Below are positions 61,701 through 64,000 of a DNA stretch of 64,000 bases, piece by piece; the first letter of the stretch is position 1; each line of letters opens with the position of its first letter. The stretch spans positions 24,470-88,469 of the forward strand of contig JAFCDO010000003.1 of assembly GCA_017609605.1 (NCBI GenBank), read 5' to 3'. The stretch is from Candidatus Parvarchaeota archaeon (GTDB lineage: Archaea; Nanobdellota; Nanobdellia; JAAOXT01). The notes under the pieces were generated by a model. It saw only the letters and a program-made list of their open reading frames with translations, was not told the origin of the DNA and did not search any database. The translations under genes were made by a program, and so were the position numbers.

Positions 61701-64000
61701 AACTCATCACGTCAATCGACAACGCTTCAGGTACCATAACTTCTGGCGTTTTTATCAATATTCAAAGAAGCTTAAAAGGAATAATTCCAAGAACTGCCGA
61801 GCTTACTCGTTTATTAGAACCTGTTACCCTGAGAATCACTGACAAAAACTTTGAACGCGCTTTGAACAAAATCAAGAGTTTTGGGCTGCCAGCAAGTTTT
61901 TACGGCAGGTTGACGACCATTGACGAGCGCGAACTAAACCAAACGGGAATCAAAAAAGCTTCAGAATACGTCAAAAAAACATTGCTAGAAGGCTTGGAAG
62001 AAATCAAAAAAATACTCGAAAACTTCACGCCAAAACCAGTAACACCTCCAAAACCAAGTGTTGACCTAAAAGTCTTAAAACCCTTTCTTGAAAACATTAG
62101 AAAAACCTTGGAAACCTGTTCCAAACATGAATTTACCCTAACCCATTCAAATTTCAAAGAAATTATTGAAAAAGTTAAGACACTCGTTGAAGGAATAGTT
62201 AATGGTTTGGGGAGTGATTTCAAAACAATTATCAAACAATTAGAATTTCTTAGAGTTTACACATCTGAAATCTACGGCTTCTTGGTAATGCAATCAAATG
62301 ATAAAGCATTCAGAGACTGGTTTGGCAAAGAGAAGAAAAGTTTTGACAAAAACCTAGAAGCCCTACGAGAATTCGTGAACAACCCAGACATGCTCAGCTT
62401 CTATACAGGGGACGCTAACAAACTGGAATCGGCAAAAAAAGCTTTGAAAAAACTGAATGACGCTTTAGAAAACTTATGCGTCATGCTTAAAGACTGGAAA
62501 CCACCTCGACGCGAAATTCCTTCTATCCCCCCAGAAACCCCCCTAAAAGCAGAACCTGAAACAAAAACTGAATCCGAACTCAAACTTGACAAACTCATCG
62601 AAAAAATCGGGGAAATAAGTTTAACAATAGAAGACCTGCAAAAAATACCAAAGGTTCGACAAACAAACACAAAGCAAGTTGTCGATGTACTCAACATATG
62701 GAAAAGAATATTCAGTATAAGAAAACTAACGGACACAACAAGACAAACCGAAAAGATAGGTTTTTCCCAAACATTCTTCCAAGCCATACAAGCACTATCC
62801 ACAAACCTATTCAACGAACTGCAAAACACTTTCAAAGAAATGTACGCGAACAGACAAGCAATCCTAACCCAAAACCTGCAAGGACTCAACAAATCCTGCC
62901 AAGAAATAATTGGATTGTTATCAAACCCTACACAGGATAACATAAACCGAGCAGTTGAAAAACTAGGTGTTAAAGGAAATTTCTTGACAAAACTCTTCAA
63001 CGCAAAAGAAATACTGGAAACCTACCCGCTAGAAGATTATTACCTAAAAATCAATCATTCAATTGAGGAACTCAAAAACCTAAAAAAAGAAGATATCATA
63101 AACAGGCTTTCAAGAATCGCAAGCATAACTAAAAGAATTTACTTGTACTGCGATGAACTCAAAAAATCTGCGGAAAGTCTAAAAGAAGATTATTATGAAA
63201 AACTTGAAGAACTGGGCAAAGAATTCTTCGACTCTGCAATAAAATGGTTCAATAAACATGAAATAACCCCAACTACTTCGGGTTTAGACAAACTTTCAGA
63301 ACAACTCCAATACTTAATCCAATGTTTAGATGGAGTGAAAAAAGCTGAAAAAACTAGGGAAAAAGCTGAAGAATTATTGGCGATCACACGAAGGATAACA
63401 ACAACTCCTGCCTCAACCCCTTTAACGACCACGAAACCAGGAGAAACGAGAACATCAATAGACTTGAATTCCGAAGAGTTCAAAAAAGCGTTCGACAAGC
63501 TCCAAGAAAGCCTAGCAGAACTAGCAATCCTAACTGAAGGCCTTTTACGAGACGTTTCGGAAACACAACAACAAACAGTTCAAAACCTCATGCAACAAAT
63601 GTTCAAAACACAAAACCAGATAATTCAAGGAATCAACACTCAAATACAACTACCCTTCATCGAACAAAACCTAATAAATACGATACAAGTCTTCACAACA
63701 ACAGTGAGTCAACTACTCGTCCTGATACCTGACAAGGAGTTACACGACAACATAGTCAACGAAACAAGAAAAATAAATAAGGAAATAAAACAATACCACC
63801 TCAGAAACGTTTTCAACCAAGAAAAACTCACTCCAAAATACGTTGAAACAATAGCGAAAAAAATCAAGGACGACTTAGGCTTAATTATAACAGCGATAAA
63901 AGAATACCTGCAAAAAACGGTAGAAAAACCCGAACCCAAAAGCTATGAAGATAGAGTAAAACGTGTAAACGAGCTAATCAAAGAATTCAGAAAACAAAAA
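58709..64000 (+). CDS. giant helical repeat protein, first 1764 aa (3' end beyond window)
   Basis: Own codon-by-codon read from the ATG at 58709 reaches position 64000 in frame (5292 nt = 1764 codons) with no stop. The in-frame upstream stop is at 58673-58675. CTTTTTTAACCC lies about 25 nt upstream. It is absent from the ORF track (no stop in window); only short minus-strand shadow ORFs are listed there. Confidence 0.8.
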   Translation, partial: MPSVTSDESVEEIKLPHNLTTFFDKDLKEIILIDKKKIPIDEALITITSPLIDSTNLGRIVSTRIKMLSGVGAVSKPVIKNNQITLEFLEQVKDVLKEYKPNFMIKGETIPFLQIEVKKNDVIITAGSQTTSFKENGEELLSFDQRNTGPRLFDVTQTSGEITVNPKKLETNKGLVDFKQKTKEKKTEREISVEKTKQREEKKGISVALEKINSLILMFRKAPGLELFKEVMNALTENANRIDKKNLSRFNSRLTQIISAWLEKEQLGVAIQILDLLIKYNKLLIERKLDNQTVKTILGIRGGRITSWIPRLSKNEISLEQLSDIIIDYLLDSIASEQTGGEKIIAQTININFLNTAIEYVASNKTPENIGILMEHLGKIRFIPDFELDSKLIKDIENRLKALSGKEPVPTPSDPHVSDKKIKKLKEISEELEKLREHIQKLKISNFISKKGIAKKGEYAKIKKGFQKAWEKIKKLSKEGLEDMPGQYLELFDELFETRKQLLDKSYTIYRGLLDNIYKYFNESDLKKIKEVKDYFPQLLLSESQMLSEYVEFLKEEGTKKSVRKGFEHYYVGKIEYYTNNLREIKKYVSNIPEITKKEDFNELSFLITEIDTTSKRIEQLIEQLITNSRASQPRPQPPYIEMCLENLESLLSSIQKTILQQGTRQIFEKSSRELSRLNNKLFEFVETWQLNKETKKRVLERLNIYQKKLEASIEQTSKKKDQTSLKDQFYLLEVLLRKLMKKNKTRIKKFEQKPLTLIPPAEEPEDTGLISEEPSAEEHVSPSPALDFSKLNELLGYIAANLSELLNNNFIKKYGFKPEPVEEAIKYANQIIEAVEKYSPDKLKPKLQENYNSFVKSLTGVHDELLLIYSKEKKGQELFQLKEVGFVLQDINNLKTTLFADQKVTQEKIDNIVVGLNNLFFHLDQFTNKLNDIILQPKPLTPEIPLKKEEKTLPLPPTRKPFNWNELLQELNKVGTVLTGIKNSDTEKVLGLSGLQELITSIDNASGTITSGVFINIQRSLKGIIPRTAELTRLLEPVTLRITDKNFERALNKIKSFGLPASFYGRLTTIDERELNQTGIKKASEYVKKTLLEGLEEIKKILENFTPKPVTPPKPSVDLKVLKPFLENIRKTLETCSKHEFTLTHSNFKEIIEKVKTLVEGIVNGLGSDFKTIIKQLEFLRVYTSEIYGFLVMQSNDKAFRDWFGKEKKSFDKNLEALREFVNNPDMLSFYTGDANKLESAKKALKKLNDALENLCVMLKDWKPPRREIPSIPPETPLKAEPETKTESELKLDKLIEKIGEISLTIEDLQKIPKVRQTNTKQVVDVLNIWKRIFSIRKLTDTTRQTEKIGFSQTFFQAIQALSTNLFNELQNTFKEMYANRQAILTQNLQGLNKSCQEIIGLLSNPTQDNINRAVEKLGVKGNFLTKLFNAKEILETYPLEDYYLKINHSIEELKNLKKEDIINRLSRIASITKRIYLYCDELKKSAESLKEDYYEKLEELGKEFFDSAIKWFNKHEITPTTSGLDKLSEQLQYLIQCLDGVKKAEKTREKAEELLAITRRITTTPASTPLTTTKPGETRTSIDLNSEEFKKAFDKLQESLAELAILTEGLLRDVSETQQQTVQNLMQQMFKTQNQIIQGINTQIQLPFIEQNLINTIQVFTTTVSQLLVLIPDKELHDNIVNETRKINKEIKQYHLRNVFNQEKLTPKYVETIAKKIKDDLGLIITAIKEYLQKTVEKPEPKSYEDRVKRVNELIKEFRKQK

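Noticed and set aside
58672-63939. About 14 minus-strand ORFs of 60-199 aa listed in the track
   Set aside because: All lie antisense to one continuous 1764-codon plus-strand frame. Their products are low-complexity Ser/Phe/Leu-rich strings typical of shadows of Lys/Glu-rich genes.
1-64000. Search for CRISPR arrays, rRNA genes, and long direct or inverted DNA repeats
   Set aside because: Visual scanning found no regularly spaced direct repeats and no rRNA-like conserved stretches. Only protein-level repeats and short palindromes were found, and these are reported above. A computational repeat search would be needed to be definitive.

Overview
This is a 64-kb piece of a gene-dense, AT-rich archaeal chromosome. 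The gene content and the very short, leaderless-looking intergenic regions fit a small-genome DPANN-like archaeon; that lineage assignment is inference. Recognisable genes include Alba, SecE-Spt5-uL11 / uL1-P0-P1, a PIN protein-Rpo7-Spt4-eS24-eS31, EndA, Hjc, NucS, GatD/GatE, archaeal-type Leu/Val/Gly/His/Phe-tRNA synthetases, AlaX, and two FtsZ paralogs plus MinD. There are three intron-less tRNAs: Arg-TCT, Thr-CGT, and His-GTG with an encoded G-1. I saw no rRNA and no CRISPR array. All family calls come from motif recognition by eye; no searches were run.

Two blocks are not housekeeping. (1) Positions 1-11125 hold a co-directional, partly translationally coupled run of 10 genes that encode only exported proteins. 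These have prepilin-like N-terminal helices, paralogous families and large cysteine-rich modules. The block is cut by the window edge and is a candidate novel surface or host-attachment apparatus. (2) Positions 58709-64000 hold an ORF missing from the supplied ORF track because it never reaches a stop. It encodes at least 1764 aa of Lys/Glu/Leu-rich helical modules separated by Pro-rich linkers.

Smaller observations:
- A lone TnpB-like gene whose canonical RuvC-II glutamate appears replaced (IILGNL).
- A split, Walker-A-less RecA/KaiC-like gene.
- A 55-aa SecE gene below the ORF-track cutoff.
- A candidate C/D-box-like small RNA flanked by its own TATA box.
- Palindromic candidate operators at the lrp/gatD divergent promoter.
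- A cUUCGg hairpin between ftsZ2 and minD.
- Lys/Glu-rich extensions on eS24 and eS31.
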